DNA of 64,000 nucleotides from an uncultured Bacilli bacterium (GCA_934167875.1 CAKPMC010000006.1:16646-80645); one strand, 5' to 3'. Positions 1-9,822 are shown, counted from the stretch's first letter. A program made the numbers and translations. The notes: a model not told the origin generated them from the sequence alone.

Positions 1-635
1 GTTATATCTTTTTAGGTAAAGATCAAACAAAAGGTTCTATAGTTGGTTCTATTTTATTTCCTATTCTTGTTAATCTAACTGCCAATATTAATCAATACAT
101 AAATATTGATACTAGTAATATTTTATTATCAGTAATATTTGGCGGTATTTTATATGGCTTTGGTGCCGGATTAGTATTTAAAGCAGGTTTTACTACTGGT
201 GGAACTGATGTTATTAATCAAATAATATCTAAATATTTTCATGTTAGTATGGGAAATGCTATGTTAATGAGTGATGGTCTTATTGTTTTAGCAGGTGGTT
301 TCTTCTTTGGTATCACTAAACTTATGTATGCTATTATTGTCGTATATATAATAGGTATAATGACAGATAAAGTTTTATTAGGAATATCTAATTCAAAAGC
401 TTTTTATATAATCACTAATGAAGATGAAAAAATAAGAGATTACTTAATAAATGAACTTCATCATGGTGTTACTATTTTTAGTGTAAAAGGTGGTTATACC
501 CATAAAAAGGATGAAGTAATTCTTTGTGTAGTACCAACTAATGAATATTATCGTGTTAAAGAAGGTATCCGTGAAATAGATGAACAAGCATTCTTTGTAA
601 TTTGTGATGCTTATGAAGTATTTGGAGGAGAATAA
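1..635 (+). CDS. YitT/DUF2179-family membrane protein, C-terminal part (gene begins upstream of window)
   Basis: Open frame from the window start. The last ~100 aa (GISNSKAFYIITNEDEKIRDY...EIDEQAFFVICDAYEVFGGE) closely parallel the C-terminus of the next ORF. Confidence 0.55.
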   Translation, partial: YIFLGKDQTKGSIVGSILFPILVNLTANINQYINIDTSNILLSVIFGGILYGFGAGLVFKAGFTTGGTDVINQIISKYFHVSMGNAMLMSDGLIVLAGGFFFGITKLMYAIIVVYIIGIMTDKVLLGISNSKAFYIITNEDEKIRDYLINELHHGVTIFSVKGGYTHKKDEVILCVVPTNEYYRVKEGIREIDEQAFFVICDAYEVFGGE

Positions 636-1524
636 AATGAAACTATTTAAAAAAGGAAAAGATAGTGCTCTAAGTATCTTAGAAACAGTTAAAAAAAAGA
701 AATTAGTTAGAAGATATATATTATTGATATTATCATTATTTATATCAGCATGCTATTTTAATTTGCTACAATTACCTACTCAAATAGTAACTGGTGGAAG
801 TAGCGGTGTTTCAATTATTCTAAATTATTATTTCAATTGGGATCCATCTCAAGTTATATTTATTATATCAGCAATTTTACTTATAGCAGGTTTTATCTTT
901 CTAGGTTTTGAAAAAACATCCGGTGCCCTTGTAACCACAATTATTTATCCAATGTTTGTTAACCTAACTGCTAATATTTCTGACTATATAGTAGTAGATT
1001 TATCAGATAAAATATTAATATCTATTTTTATAGGCTTACTTGCTGGTATAACTACAGGTATGGTATATAAAGCCGGTTTTAGTAACGGTGGCTTTTCAAT
1101 AATTAGTGAAATAATATCAGAACGAAAAAAAATTCCCATTTCCAATATCAGTTTTATAATTAATTTTATAATTGTTATACTTGGTGGAGTCAGCTTTGGT
1201 TGGACTATGGTAATGTATGCTGCTATTATTTTATATATTAATAGTGTAATATTAGATCGGGTTCTAATCGGTGTATCCAAAAATAAGGCACTATATATCA
1301 TAACTTCTGAGGAAGAAAAAATGAAAGATTATATTATGAATAGTTTAAAACATGGAATTACTATTTTTGATGTTAAGGGTGGCTTTTTAGAAAAGAAAAG
1401 AAAAGTATTAATGACAGTAATACCTAATCATGATTATTTTAAATTAAAAGAAGGAATAAAAGAAATAGATAAAGAAGCATTCTTTATTGTAACTGATTCT
1501 TATCAAGTATATGGAGGAGAGTAA
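604..1524 (+). CDS. YitT-family integral membrane protein (DUF161 + C-terminal DUF2179)
   Basis: Multiple TM segments, GGxxGGxS-like motifs, conserved C-terminal soluble domain ending ...FFIVTDSYQVYGGE. Confidence 0.6.
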   Translation: MMLMKYLEENKMKLFKKGKDSALSILETVKKKKLVRRYILLILSLFISACYFNLLQLPTQIVTGGSSGVSIILNYYFNWDPSQVIFIISAILLIAGFIFLGFEKTSGALVTTIIYPMFVNLTANISDYIVVDLSDKILISIFIGLLAGITTGMVYKAGFSNGGFSIISEIISERKKIPISNISFIINFIIVILGGVSFGWTMVMYAAIILYINSVILDRVLIGVSKNKALYIITSEEEKMKDYIMNSLKHGITIFDVKGGFLEKKRKVLMTVIPNHDYFKLKEGIKEIDKEAFFIVTDSYQVYGGE

Positions 1525-1619
1525 TCTCCTCTTTTTCCATTAATTAACATCATAAATTAATATAAAAATAGTAAAAATTGTCGAATTTATGATATAATGT
1601 AGAAAATAGATGAAGTTGG

Positions 1620-2330
1620 ATGGTGATAATATTGGAATTAATTAGAATCAAAGATGTGACCAAACAATACAAAAATGGAGTAACAGCTATTTTTGATTTG
1701 AATTTAAAGATAAAAAAAGGTGATTTTGTTTTTATTATAGGTGGAACCGGTTGTGGTAAATCAACCTTAATAAAAATGCTATATAGAGAAGAAAAACCTA
1801 CTCGTGGTGAAATTATAGTAGGTGGATTAAATGTAGCTAAACTAAGAAATAGTAAAGTTTATAAATTAAGAAGAAAATTAGGAATTGTTTTCCAAGACTA
1901 TAGACTTTTACCTAAGTCTACAGTATATGAAAATGTTGCTTTTGCCTTAGAAGTAATAGGAACAAAGAAAGATGAAATTAATAAAAAGGTATTAAGAGCA
2001 TTAGAACTTGTTGGGCTTAAAGGAAAATTAAGAAATTATCCAGATCAGTTATCAGGTGGTGAACAACAAAGAGTAGCTATAGCTCGTGCTATTGTAAATG
2101 AACCAAAACTATTACTTTGTGATGAACCTACTGGAAACCTAGATCCAGAAAAGAGTATGGAAATAATGAAAGTACTTGAGGATATCAATGCTACTTTAGG
2201 TACTACCATCATAATGGCAACTCATGATAAAGATATAGTAAATAAAATGAAAAAAAGAGTTGTTACATTAAAAGATGGAAGACTAGTAAGTGATGTAGAG
2301 AAAGGAAAGTATAATAATGAAGCCATTTAG
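1620..2330 (+). CDS. ftsE: cell division ATP-binding protein FtsE
   Basis: Walker A GGTGCGKST, signature LSGGEQQRVAIARA, Walker B LLLCDEPTGNLD, H-loop ATHD. Followed by ftsX. Confidence 0.85.
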   Translation: MVIILELIRIKDVTKQYKNGVTAIFDLNLKIKKGDFVFIIGGTGCGKSTLIKMLYREEKPTRGEIIVGGLNVAKLRNSKVYKLRRKLGIVFQDYRLLPKSTVYENVAFALEVIGTKKDEINKKVLRALELVGLKGKLRNYPDQLSGGEQQRVAIARAIVNEPKLLLCDEPTGNLDPEKSMEIMKVLEDINATLGTTIIMATHDKDIVNKMKKRVVTLKDGRLVSDVEKGKYNNEAI

Positions 2331-3216
2331 AATGTTTGGTAGAAGTATAAGAGATGCCTTCAAAAGTGTATTTAGAAATTTTTCTTTATCATTAGCCTCT
2401 ATTTCCTGTATTACAATTACTCTAATAGTAGTAGCTATTGCTTTATTGGCATCATTAAATGTAAATAATTTTACTAAAGAAATAAAAGAAGACATTACGA
2501 TAGTTGTTTTCGTAAATAGAGATGTTGAAGAAGAATCGTTAAATAGGATCAAAGCAAAATTAAATCAAATAGATAATATATCATCTATTGAGTATAAATC
2601 TAAAGCTGAATTAAGAAAAGAAATGCAAGCTTCATCAACAATGCTAGATGCAACAATGAAGAATTGGACTGAAGAAGAAAATCCATTAAAAGATACATTT
2701 CAAGTTAAAGTATCAGATATTGAAAAGATAAAGGAAACCGCATCAACAATAGAAAAGTTAGATGGAATAGATTCAGTAAATTACGGAGAAACAATGGTTA
2801 ATAGATTTTTATCAGCTTTTAGAATGATTCAAAAAGGAACTATAGTAGCTGTAATTATGTTAATAATAGTAACCGTTTTTCTAATTGTTAATACTATCAA
2901 ATTAACTATCTTTTCTAGAAAAAGAGAAATTTCAATTATGAGACTTGTAGGTGCAGGGAACTTTTCAATTAAAATGCCATTCGTTATTGAAGGAATGGTA
3001 CTAGGTATGATTGGTTCTATTATTCCTATTTTAATTGTTATATATGGCTATTTTGCCTTATATAAACACTTTGATGGTCAGTTATTCTCACCATTAATTA
3101 AATTAATATCTCCAGAACCATTTATATACATTGTATCTTTAGTTATATTAGTAATAGGTATAGTAGTAGGTATGATAGGAAGTTATAAAGCAGTTAGGAA
3201 GTACTTAAAAGTATGA
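2317..3216 (+). CDS. ftsX: cell division permease-like protein FtsX
   Basis: N-terminal TM helix, large extracellular loop, three C-terminal TM helices. Overlaps the ftsE stop. Confidence 0.8.
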   Translation: MKPFRMFGRSIRDAFKSVFRNFSLSLASISCITITLIVVAIALLASLNVNNFTKEIKEDITIVVFVNRDVEEESLNRIKAKLNQIDNISSIEYKSKAELRKEMQASSTMLDATMKNWTEEENPLKDTFQVKVSDIEKIKETASTIEKLDGIDSVNYGETMVNRFLSAFRMIQKGTIVAVIMLIIVTVFLIVNTIKLTIFSRKREISIMRLVGAGNFSIKMPFVIEGMVLGMIGSIIPILIVIYGYFALYKHFDGQLFSPLIKLISPEPFIYIVSLVILVIGIVVGMIGSYKAVRKYLKV

Positions 3217-4418
3217 TGAAAAAATTGTTTTCTAAGTTTCTACTACTATTAATAATTATTTCTATCATACTCCCTTCAACTGTTAATGCCGCCGATTTAA
3301 CTTATGGTCAAGTATTAGATGATTTGACCAATGCTAAAAAAGAATTAAATAAGAATAATCAATTAATTTCTGATAAAAATAATCAAATAGTTCAAAATAA
3401 CAGTACTATTAAAAATTTAAAATCAGAAGTAGAAAAAATGGGTGCTGAAGCAGTTGAACTTCAACAACAAATAGCAGATGCCAACACTGAAATAGATCAA
3501 AAAAAAGAACAAACTAAAAATTTAATTGTTTACTTACAAATGAGTCAAGGAAGTAATGTTTATTTAGATTATGTACTTGGTGGTGATTCTATAACTGATC
3601 TTGTTTATCGTTTATCTGTAGTAGAACAAATAACAGAATATAATGATAATATGGTTAAAGAATTAGAGGATTTAATAAGTAATAATGAAAAAAGAAAAGT
3701 TGAGTTAGCTAATAAACAAAAAGAATATGAAAACAAAATGACAACTTTAAATAATGAGGTTAATAAACTAACTAATTCAATAGCTAAGTTAGGTGACTTA
3801 TCACCAAGCTTGGAACAACAAGTAAAAGAAAAAGAAAAGTTAGTTAACTATTATAAATCTCAAGGATGTAAAAATCGTAGTGATGTAATAGGTAGAGATT
3901 GTGCTGTAACTAGTTCTAATGCTACTTTTTCAAGACCTATTAAAACAGGTTATGTGACTAGTTTTATTGGTTATAGATGGGGTAGTTTTCATAGAGGAAC
4001 TGATATAGGAAGCTCACTTGGAAGAAATACGCCATTATATTCGATTGGTAATGGTACTATTACTAGTATATGGAATGATGCGTATGGTGCAAAATGTATA
4101 AATGTTCAATATAGAACCTTAGATGGTAAATACTATACAGCTATTTATGCCCACCTAAGTAGATATGCATCAAATATATATGAAGGTATGCAAGTAAATT
4201 CTAATACTATACTTGGTTATATGGGTAATACAGGATATGCTTTTGGAGTACATCTTCACCTAGAAGTATGGCCATGTCGACTATATGGTGATAGTAATTG
4301 TAGCTCATGGAGTAAATATGTATCATTTGCTGAACGTAAATTTAGAGAAGGTTTTAAGGGAGCTGAAAGTGTAATATCATTCCCTAATAGAACATACCAA
4401 ACTTGGTATAATAAATAA
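3213..4418 (+). CDS. secreted coiled-coil M23 (LytM) peptidoglycan endopeptidase, PcsB/EnvC-like FtsEX partner
   Basis: Signal peptide, long coiled-coil region, C-terminal M23 motifs HRGTDIG ... HLHLEV. ATG overlaps the ftsX TGA stop. Confidence 0.75.
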   Translation: MMKKLFSKFLLLLIIISIILPSTVNAADLTYGQVLDDLTNAKKELNKNNQLISDKNNQIVQNNSTIKNLKSEVEKMGAEAVELQQQIADANTEIDQKKEQTKNLIVYLQMSQGSNVYLDYVLGGDSITDLVYRLSVVEQITEYNDNMVKELEDLISNNEKRKVELANKQKEYENKMTTLNNEVNKLTNSIAKLGDLSPSLEQQVKEKEKLVNYYKSQGCKNRSDVIGRDCAVTSSNATFSRPIKTGYVTSFIGYRWGSFHRGTDIGSSLGRNTPLYSIGNGTITSIWNDAYGAKCINVQYRTLDGKYYTAIYAHLSRYASNIYEGMQVNSNTILGYMGNTGYAFGVHLHLEVWPCRLYGDSNCSSWSKYVSFAERKFREGFKGAESVISFPNRTYQTWYNK

Positions 4419-4423
4419 TTAAT

Positions 4424-4463
4424 TTATGAGAGAAAAATTTTAAAATATTTTTCTCTTTTCTAT
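4424..4463 (+). terminator. rho-independent terminator after the M23 peptidase gene
   Basis: AGAGAAAAAT...ATTTTTCTCT stem followed by TTTTC. Confidence 0.4.
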
Positions 4464-4517
4464 TGTGGTTAAAAAGAAATAATATTATAATAAATTAAAT
4501 CAGGGAGTAGTATTATT

Positions 4518-5714
4518 ATGGTTGAAAAATTAGAACAAATTTATTTAATGGATAAAAACTTTAAATTTGTCCAAAGAACTAAAGACAAATTTATCTATAA
4601 GTATGAAGATAAAGAATTAGAACAATTAAATATTCTAGAACTTTTATTTTCTGAAGAAGAACAAAGAATTAAAAAAATAGATATCTATACTTTTTCAGGA
4701 TTAGAACCAATAGAAACTATGCATATTATAAGGGGTACAGACAATATCACTGAGGTTGATTATTATCCTAATGGATATGAGAATCTAACTATAGATAAAA
4801 TAAGCGAGCCTTATAGTATTAGTGTTTATCTTCAATTTAGTGAATTAGATGGTAATAATTACCAAGAATACAAAGAAATAGAATTGGTAAAAAAGGGTCA
4901 TAAAAAACACAAAGTATTATCTCAAATTCCATTAGAAGAAAATTACTATATTACTAAAGATAGTAGAATTCATTATATTTCTTCTAATAGTATAAGCAAA
5001 CTAAAAAGATTAACAGAGTTTTTAGTACCATCAATAAAAGAGATAGAAAAAAGATTATTTAATCCAGAAAGTATTGAATCATTAGAGAATGAAGATGATA
5101 ATGATCAAGCTATATTAGAACCTATTGATGGAACATATCCTGAACAAATGTATATATATGATCGTAATTATAATTTATTAGGAAAAAAATCTGGTGCTAT
5201 AGTATATCAAAATACTGAAGATGAAATTAAAGAGTTAGAAATTTATTTTACTGACGATAAGAGCAAATTAAAAGAAGTAAGATTAATTGATTATAGTGAT
5301 TCATATTTAGAAGGAATCAAAGTAAAATCTAAACGTAGAATAATTAGATTTTTGGTTACTAAAGATAATAAAATAAATGTAACATTATGTAATCGTAGAA
5401 AAGAACCAATGATAATAAATAGTCACACTATAGATAGAAATAATATTGCTGCTAGAGCCATAATAAATCAAAGTAATGAAATAGAAAAATTAGAAGTAAA
5501 AATCCAAAATCAATTAGGAACTTTCAATTTAACTAAATCACCTACTAAAAATATGGAATTTATTGATAAAAATAATGTTAGTTATCTAATTTCCTCAAAT
5601 TCTTTTGAACAGTTTAGAGTGTTTATAAGATATGTACCATTTATTCTAGGAGCATTAGAAAACAAATTAATCCCAGTTGACGAAGAAAAAAGTCCTATAT
5701 TAATTAAAAAGTAA
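4518..5714 (+). CDS. hypothetical protein (398 aa), first gene of the accessory segment
   Basis: Long ORF with RBS GGGAG. No motif recognised. Confidence 0.35.
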   Translation: MVEKLEQIYLMDKNFKFVQRTKDKFIYKYEDKELEQLNILELLFSEEEQRIKKIDIYTFSGLEPIETMHIIRGTDNITEVDYYPNGYENLTIDKISEPYSISVYLQFSELDGNNYQEYKEIELVKKGHKKHKVLSQIPLEENYYITKDSRIHYISSNSISKLKRLTEFLVPSIKEIEKRLFNPESIESLENEDDNDQAILEPIDGTYPEQMYIYDRNYNLLGKKSGAIVYQNTEDEIKELEIYFTDDKSKLKEVRLIDYSDSYLEGIKVKSKRRIIRFLVTKDNKINVTLCNRRKEPMIINSHTIDRNNIAARAIINQSNEIEKLEVKIQNQLGTFNLTKSPTKNMEFIDKNNVSYLISSNSFEQFRVFIRYVPFILGALENKLIPVDEEKSPILIKK

Positions 5715-5922
5715 AAGCTATCATCTTACAGCTTTTACTTTTTACTATTACATAATTTTTATATCTACATTCAATTAATAATCAACTCAATAATGTTGTT
5801 TAATTATTTTTAGAAATATGATATCATAAGCTTAATACAGAAAGATGATCCGAGATTAAAGATTCCATGTGAAGAAGTAGTAGATTTTGAAAATAAAGAA
5901 TTTTATCAAAATTTAATTAATC

Positions 5923-5977
5923 AAATTGTGGCAGCGAGCGTAAATCAATATGCATTTGCTGCAGCAGCCCACAATTT
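5923..5977. repeat. imperfect inverted repeat AAATTGTGGCAGC...GCTGCAGCAGCCCACAATTT
   Basis: 9-bp perfect outer arms AAATTGTGG/CCACAATTT plus inner CAGC/GCTG pairing. The arms resemble the AAATTTGTGG cassette core found at 7439-11239. Confidence 0.5.
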
Positions 5978-6087
5978 GGTATAAATAAAAGATTTATTTT
6001 AATGATAAGTGCAGTAGAAAGAAAAGTAAAAAATATAAATTAAAACAAATTTCATTAAAACCACTTGTTAAAAAGATAAAACAAAAA

Positions 6088-6513
6088 ATGTATCTTCCAG
6101 AGATGACAGTAGATGATTTCTTTACTACACAAGAAGAAAGAGATTTAAAAAGTAAAGAACACGTTGAAATGGTTGATATTAATGATATATCAGATTTTCC
6201 TAATCATCCTTTTAAAGTTATAGTAAATGAAGATATGTTAAATATGAGTAAGAGTATTGAAAAATATGGGGTGTTAGTACCGGCTTTAGTTAGACCAAAA
6301 GAAAATGGTAAATATGAAATGATTTCAGGTCATAGAAGAAAGAAAGCATTAGAAATTTTAGGAATACAAGAAATAGAAAAGATTACTGATAAATCTAGAG
6401 AAGAATTAATATTAACTAAAGAATCTGATAAAACTTACTGGTTTAATGGAAATTTAACTTATAATATTACTTTTAGGCTGAATATTTGCAATGACCATTA
6501 TTGGAGATATTAA
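6088..6513 (+). CDS. ParB/Srx-like N-terminal nuclease-domain protein, probably truncated
   Basis: VPALVRPKENGKYEMISGHRRKKALEILG matches the ParB N-terminal domain GxRR box. The C-terminal 30 aa is low-complexity with no HTH domain. Confidence 0.45.
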   Translation: MYLPEMTVDDFFTTQEERDLKSKEHVEMVDINDISDFPNHPFKVIVNEDMLNMSKSIEKYGVLVPALVRPKENGKYEMISGHRRKKALEILGIQEIEKITDKSREELILTKESDKTYWFNGNLTYNITFRLNICNDHYWRY

Positions 6514-6552
6514 ATTACTTAAGTGATTCTTTACTTATAAAAACCGATATAT

Positions 6553-7140
6553 TTAATAATTACTTTTTAATCTTTTTTGAATAATTTGGCTTTTTCGTTT
6601 CGTTTCATTTGTTAAATCTTCTAATGTGAATCCAAGCAATTGTGAAAGATATAGTATTTCTACTAATAATTTTTTTACAGTTTCTTTTTCAAGCTTTTGG
6701 ATTAAATCATTTCCTAATTTATAAAGTGTCAGAAATGTTTCTATAATATCTTTGTTACTTGTTGCAGAAAAATTTTCACTTAAAGATACATTTGTAATGT
6801 TACAAAAATATAATATCATAAATAAACAATCAATATATTCTTCTAATATATGATTTTTTTCACCAGTTTGATTTATTGACCAAAATTTAAAACATCTTGT
6901 TTCGTTAGCTAGTTCCCCAAATTCTACCAATAATTCAAGTTTATATTTTTTTATAATTTCAGGAGATTTGATATCAAATTGTAATGAAAATAAATCATCT
7001 AAATATTTTGTTTCTTTATATATTTCTTCTATGTTTAGCATAAATGTCACTTCTTTCTTAAAATCTATAGATTGATTATGAGTATTGTTAATTAATCGGA
7101 TTATATGATGTATTTTATCATTAAAATTAGTATTTAGCAA
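6553..7140 (-). CDS. all-alpha NTP-pyrophosphatase, dimeric dUTPase-like (tentative)
   Basis: Pattern ...LELLVEFGELANE..CFKFW....EEYIDCLFMILYF resembles dimeric dUTPase/MazG-like motifs, which are typical of phage and plasmid cargo. Confidence 0.3.
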   Translation of the reverse strand: MLNTNFNDKIHHIIRLINNTHNQSIDFKKEVTFMLNIEEIYKETKYLDDLFSLQFDIKSPEIIKKYKLELLVEFGELANETRCFKFWSINQTGEKNHILEEYIDCLFMILYFCNITNVSLSENFSATSNKDIIETFLTLYKLGNDLIQKLEKETVKKLLVEILYLSQLLGFTLEDLTNETKRKSQIIQKRLKSNY

Positions 7141-7430
7141 CTAACTGATGTTGTAACATACATCTAATGGAGATTTTGCTATGTTTCAAGATAATACTAA
7201 CTTAAACTTGTATAAATTATTTTATGATGTTGCTAAATAGGAAAGTATTTTAAATGTTGTTCAAAAAAATAATTGATATTACGGACACGGATTTAGAAAT
7301 TGAACATTATATCAATTAAATACCATAATAATAGAAAAGGGAGTTAAGATGACTTCCTTGTTTTATTGTAAAATAAGTGTTAAAATAAGTTACTAGAAAA
7401 CATTTAGTTTTACTTAGTTTTATTTAGTGT

Positions 7431-7463
7431 TATTTAGTAAATTTGTGGCCGGCATGTGTGTCC
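7431..7463 (+). repeat. cassette-boundary core, R-type copy 1 (TATTTAGTAAATTTGTGGCC...)
   Basis: Direct repeat shared with 7940, 9201, 9694 and 11228. Confidence 0.6.
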
Positions 7464-7571
7464 TATGCGTGTTCACAAAAAAAAGACCTATCAGTTAAGT
7501 GCTAGGCCACGAATTTTTGCTGATTGGACACGAATTTATTGGTTGATATGAGTCGTAATAAGGAGGGCATT

Positions 7572-7843
7572 ATGTTTAAATTAGAATCAAAATATACACC
7601 TAGTGGAGATCAACCACAGGCAATTAAGGAATTAGTAGAAGGAATTAAAGAAGGAAAAAGAGGCCAAGTTTTACTAGGGGCAACGGGGACAGGAAAAACT
7701 TTTACGATTGCTAATGTAATTAAAGAAGTTAATAAACAACCCTAGTACTTGCCCATAATAAAACACTTGCTGGACAACTTTATTCAGAATTAAAAGAATT
7801 GTTTCCAAATAATCACGTATGTTACTTTGTTTCTTATTATAGA
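7572..7843 (+). pseudogene. uvrB: uvrB 5' fragment A (promoter-proximal ~90 codons, frameshifted and truncated)
   Basis: [55 protein letters not shown] is near-identical to the N-terminus of intact UvrB at 11361. A 1-nt deletion near 7741 gives an in-frame stop at 7745, and homology continues in another frame to ...TTCTTATTAT at 7840. Confidence 0.8.
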
Positions 7844-7877
7844 AAAATCATAAAACCCCTTTTATTTCAATAATTTT

Positions 7878-7977
7878 AGTTTTATTTAATCCCTCGAAAA
7901 TACCATAAAAAGACTAAATAAAACTGGATAATGAAATGTAAATTTGTGGTCGAAATTCGTATTTATCCGTGTCTACT
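7878..7977 (+). repeat. L-type boundary: 13-bp-stem hairpin (AGTTTTATTTAAT...ACTAAATAAAACT) plus core AAATTTGTGGTCGAAATTCGTAT
   Basis: Near-identical 75-nt segment at 9655-9730. Confidence 0.6.
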
Positions 7978-8056
7978 AAAAAATTGAAAATAACGATAAT
8001 ATGTGATATATTATTAATCAATAAAAAGGGACTTTTTTAACATTGATGATTAAGGA

Positions 8057-9202
8057 ATGATTATAATGATTAAATATTATAAAGAACTAGAAAATAGATT
8101 GAATTATTATTTACCATTAGTAGATATTCAAGATAAAGGGAAAAAAGTATTATTTGATTATAAGACACCATTTTCATTTGTAGAAAAATATGAAGATTTA
8201 TTTAAAAATAGTGAATTTCTAATTACTATTTTTAAAGGGTTTAATATTGATGAATGGTTTCGAAATAATATATATATTGATTATGATAATGCCTGTTCTA
8301 TTTCTAGTGAATTTGAAAGTATAGAAGAAGAAATTTATTGCATATTAGAAGAATATGGGAAAATAAATTTTTCTTCTAGAGCAATAGAAAATTATTTATA
8401 TCTAATTAAAAGATTATCCATTTTATATATAGATTTATTTCCAAATAATAAACAATATTATACTTCACTTAATAATACAATAGTTGCAGCAATAGAAGAA
8501 TTAAAAAAATACAATACTATTCACTATATTCCAGATAAAGTAGATAATCTATATCAACCAGATGCATGGTATATAACACCTAATGGTTATTTATATAATG
8601 CCGGAAAATATGGACATAACGGTAGGGATTTAACGTTCAATTATAATAAAATGAAATATTTTATAAATAATAATGAAAATATATTAGACAATCATAAAAT
8701 TTCAAACGGATATTTAAATCTGTCTAAAAAAATAAAAGAAAATGGTTATATATCTGCAGGACAATTTAAGGTGTTTTTAAATTATATAAGTCAACCAGCC
8801 TATTTAGAGTCAATTAATGGAATACCAGTAACGAGAGAAAACCATATAATCCAATTAATTTTAGGTATAATTAATGCTCAAGCATGCTTTTATAGATTTT
8901 TTGAAGATTTATTTATATATACTGAAAAACCAGAAAATGAAATACATAAAATAATAAATTGGACTAATGATGATATAGGAGATGTATTAGTTAGGTGCTG
9001 TGGTTTTCATAAAATTGAATCAATGCTGGAAAAAACTATTACAACTAGTTGTATAAATTATGAAAATGAGTTGGAGGAATATATAAATAATGGGTGGAAC
9101 ATAGTATTTATACCACCATTTATTATTGATAAAGATAACCATTGTCTAAAAGAATATCCAGAAGATTTTTTAGTTATAAAAAGATTGTTGAAAACTATCT
9201 AG
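8057..9202 (+). CDS. hypothetical protein (381 aa), cargo of cassette 1
   Basis: Own TTGAAA-17-TATATT promoter at 7985-8013. No recognisable domain. Confidence 0.45.
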   Translation: MIIMIKYYKELENRLNYYLPLVDIQDKGKKVLFDYKTPFSFVEKYEDLFKNSEFLITIFKGFNIDEWFRNNIYIDYDNACSISSEFESIEEEIYCILEEYGKINFSSRAIENYLYLIKRLSILYIDLFPNNKQYYTSLNNTIVAAIEELKKYNTIHYIPDKVDNLYQPDAWYITPNGYLYNAGKYGHNGRDLTFNYNKMKYFINNNENILDNHKISNGYLNLSKKIKENGYISAGQFKVFLNYISQPAYLESINGIPVTRENHIIQLILGIINAQACFYRFFEDLFIYTEKPENEIHKIINWTNDDIGDVLVRCCGFHKIESMLEKTITTSCINYENELEEYINNGWNIVFIPPFIIDKDNHCLKEYPEDFLVIKRLLKTI

Positions 9203-9240
9203 TTTTATTTAGTAATTTGTGGCAAAATTCATCCTCATCC
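9201..9240 (+). repeat. cassette-boundary core, R-type copy 2 (AGTTTTATTTAGTAATTTGTGGCAAAATTCATCC)
   Basis: Direct repeat of the 7431 and 11213 elements. Confidence 0.6.
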
Positions 9241-9324
9241 AAAAAAAGACATATTTTTAATGTTATGAAAATAGATTAGGACACGAATTTGTTGGTTGAT
9301 ATGAGTCGTAATAAGGAGGGCATT

Positions 9325-9633
9325 ATGTTTAAATTAGAATCAAAATATACACCTAGTGGAGACCAACCACAAGCGATAGATGAGTTAGTTAAAGGAATAG
9401 AAAATGGCGAAAAACACCAAGTTTTACTAGGTGCAACTGGAACTGGAAAAACTTTTACGATTGCTAATGTAATTAAGGAAGTTAATAAACCAACCTTAGT
9501 ACTTGCCCATAATAAGACACTTGCGGGACAACTTTATTCAGAATTAAAAGAGTTGTTTCCAGAAAATCATGTATGCTATTTTGTTTCTTATTATAGGAAC
9601 CCATCGAAAACTATCTTATTCAGTACCTTTTAG
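9325..9633 (+). pseudogene. uvrB: uvrB 5' fragment B (in-frame 103-aa truncated copy retaining the Walker A GATGTGKT)
   Basis: [90 protein letters not shown], then diverges at the same TTCTTATTAT point (9594) as fragment A. Confidence 0.8.
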
Positions 9634-9730
9634 ATTTATTTAGTACCTCAAAGATACTATAAAAAGACTAAATAAAACTAGATAATAAAATGTAAATTTG
9701 TGGCCAAAATTCGTATTCATTCGTATTTAT
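9632..9730 (+). repeat. L-type boundary: hairpin (AGATTTATTTAGT...ACTAAATAAAACT) plus core AAATTTGTGGCCAAAATTCGTAT
   Basis: Parallels 7878-7977. Confidence 0.6.
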
Positions 9731-9822
9731 AAAAAATAATAAATTTAAACTAATATATTTTTATTATTTTTTTTGTAAGATTAAAGTTATAATAATAAAA
9801 ATATGATAAAATAATATGAGAG

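Noticed and set aside
984-1301. Minus-strand 105-aa ORF inside the YitT gene, and similar antisense ORFs (2283-2552, 20212-20403, 20653-21048, 31883-32122, 32513-32707, 56478-56735, 57008-57208)
   Set aside because: They are embedded antisense in well-supported genes and show AT-rich codon noise.
7401-7440. Iterated TTTAGT-containing units (CATTTAGTTTTACTTAGTTTTATTTAGTGTTATTTAGTAA); considered as a CRISPR array or iteron
   Set aside because: The units are about 10 bp and irregular, with no spacer structure. They are more likely degenerate copies of the hairpin arm (TTATTTAGT) at the cassette boundary.
7524-7571. Track ORF start at 7524 ([16 protein letters not shown]...) as the start of uvrB fragment A
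   Set aside because: The conserved RBS AGGAGGG and the alignment with intact UvrB place the real start at the MFKLESKY Met (7572). The upstream codons are read-through of the promoter region.
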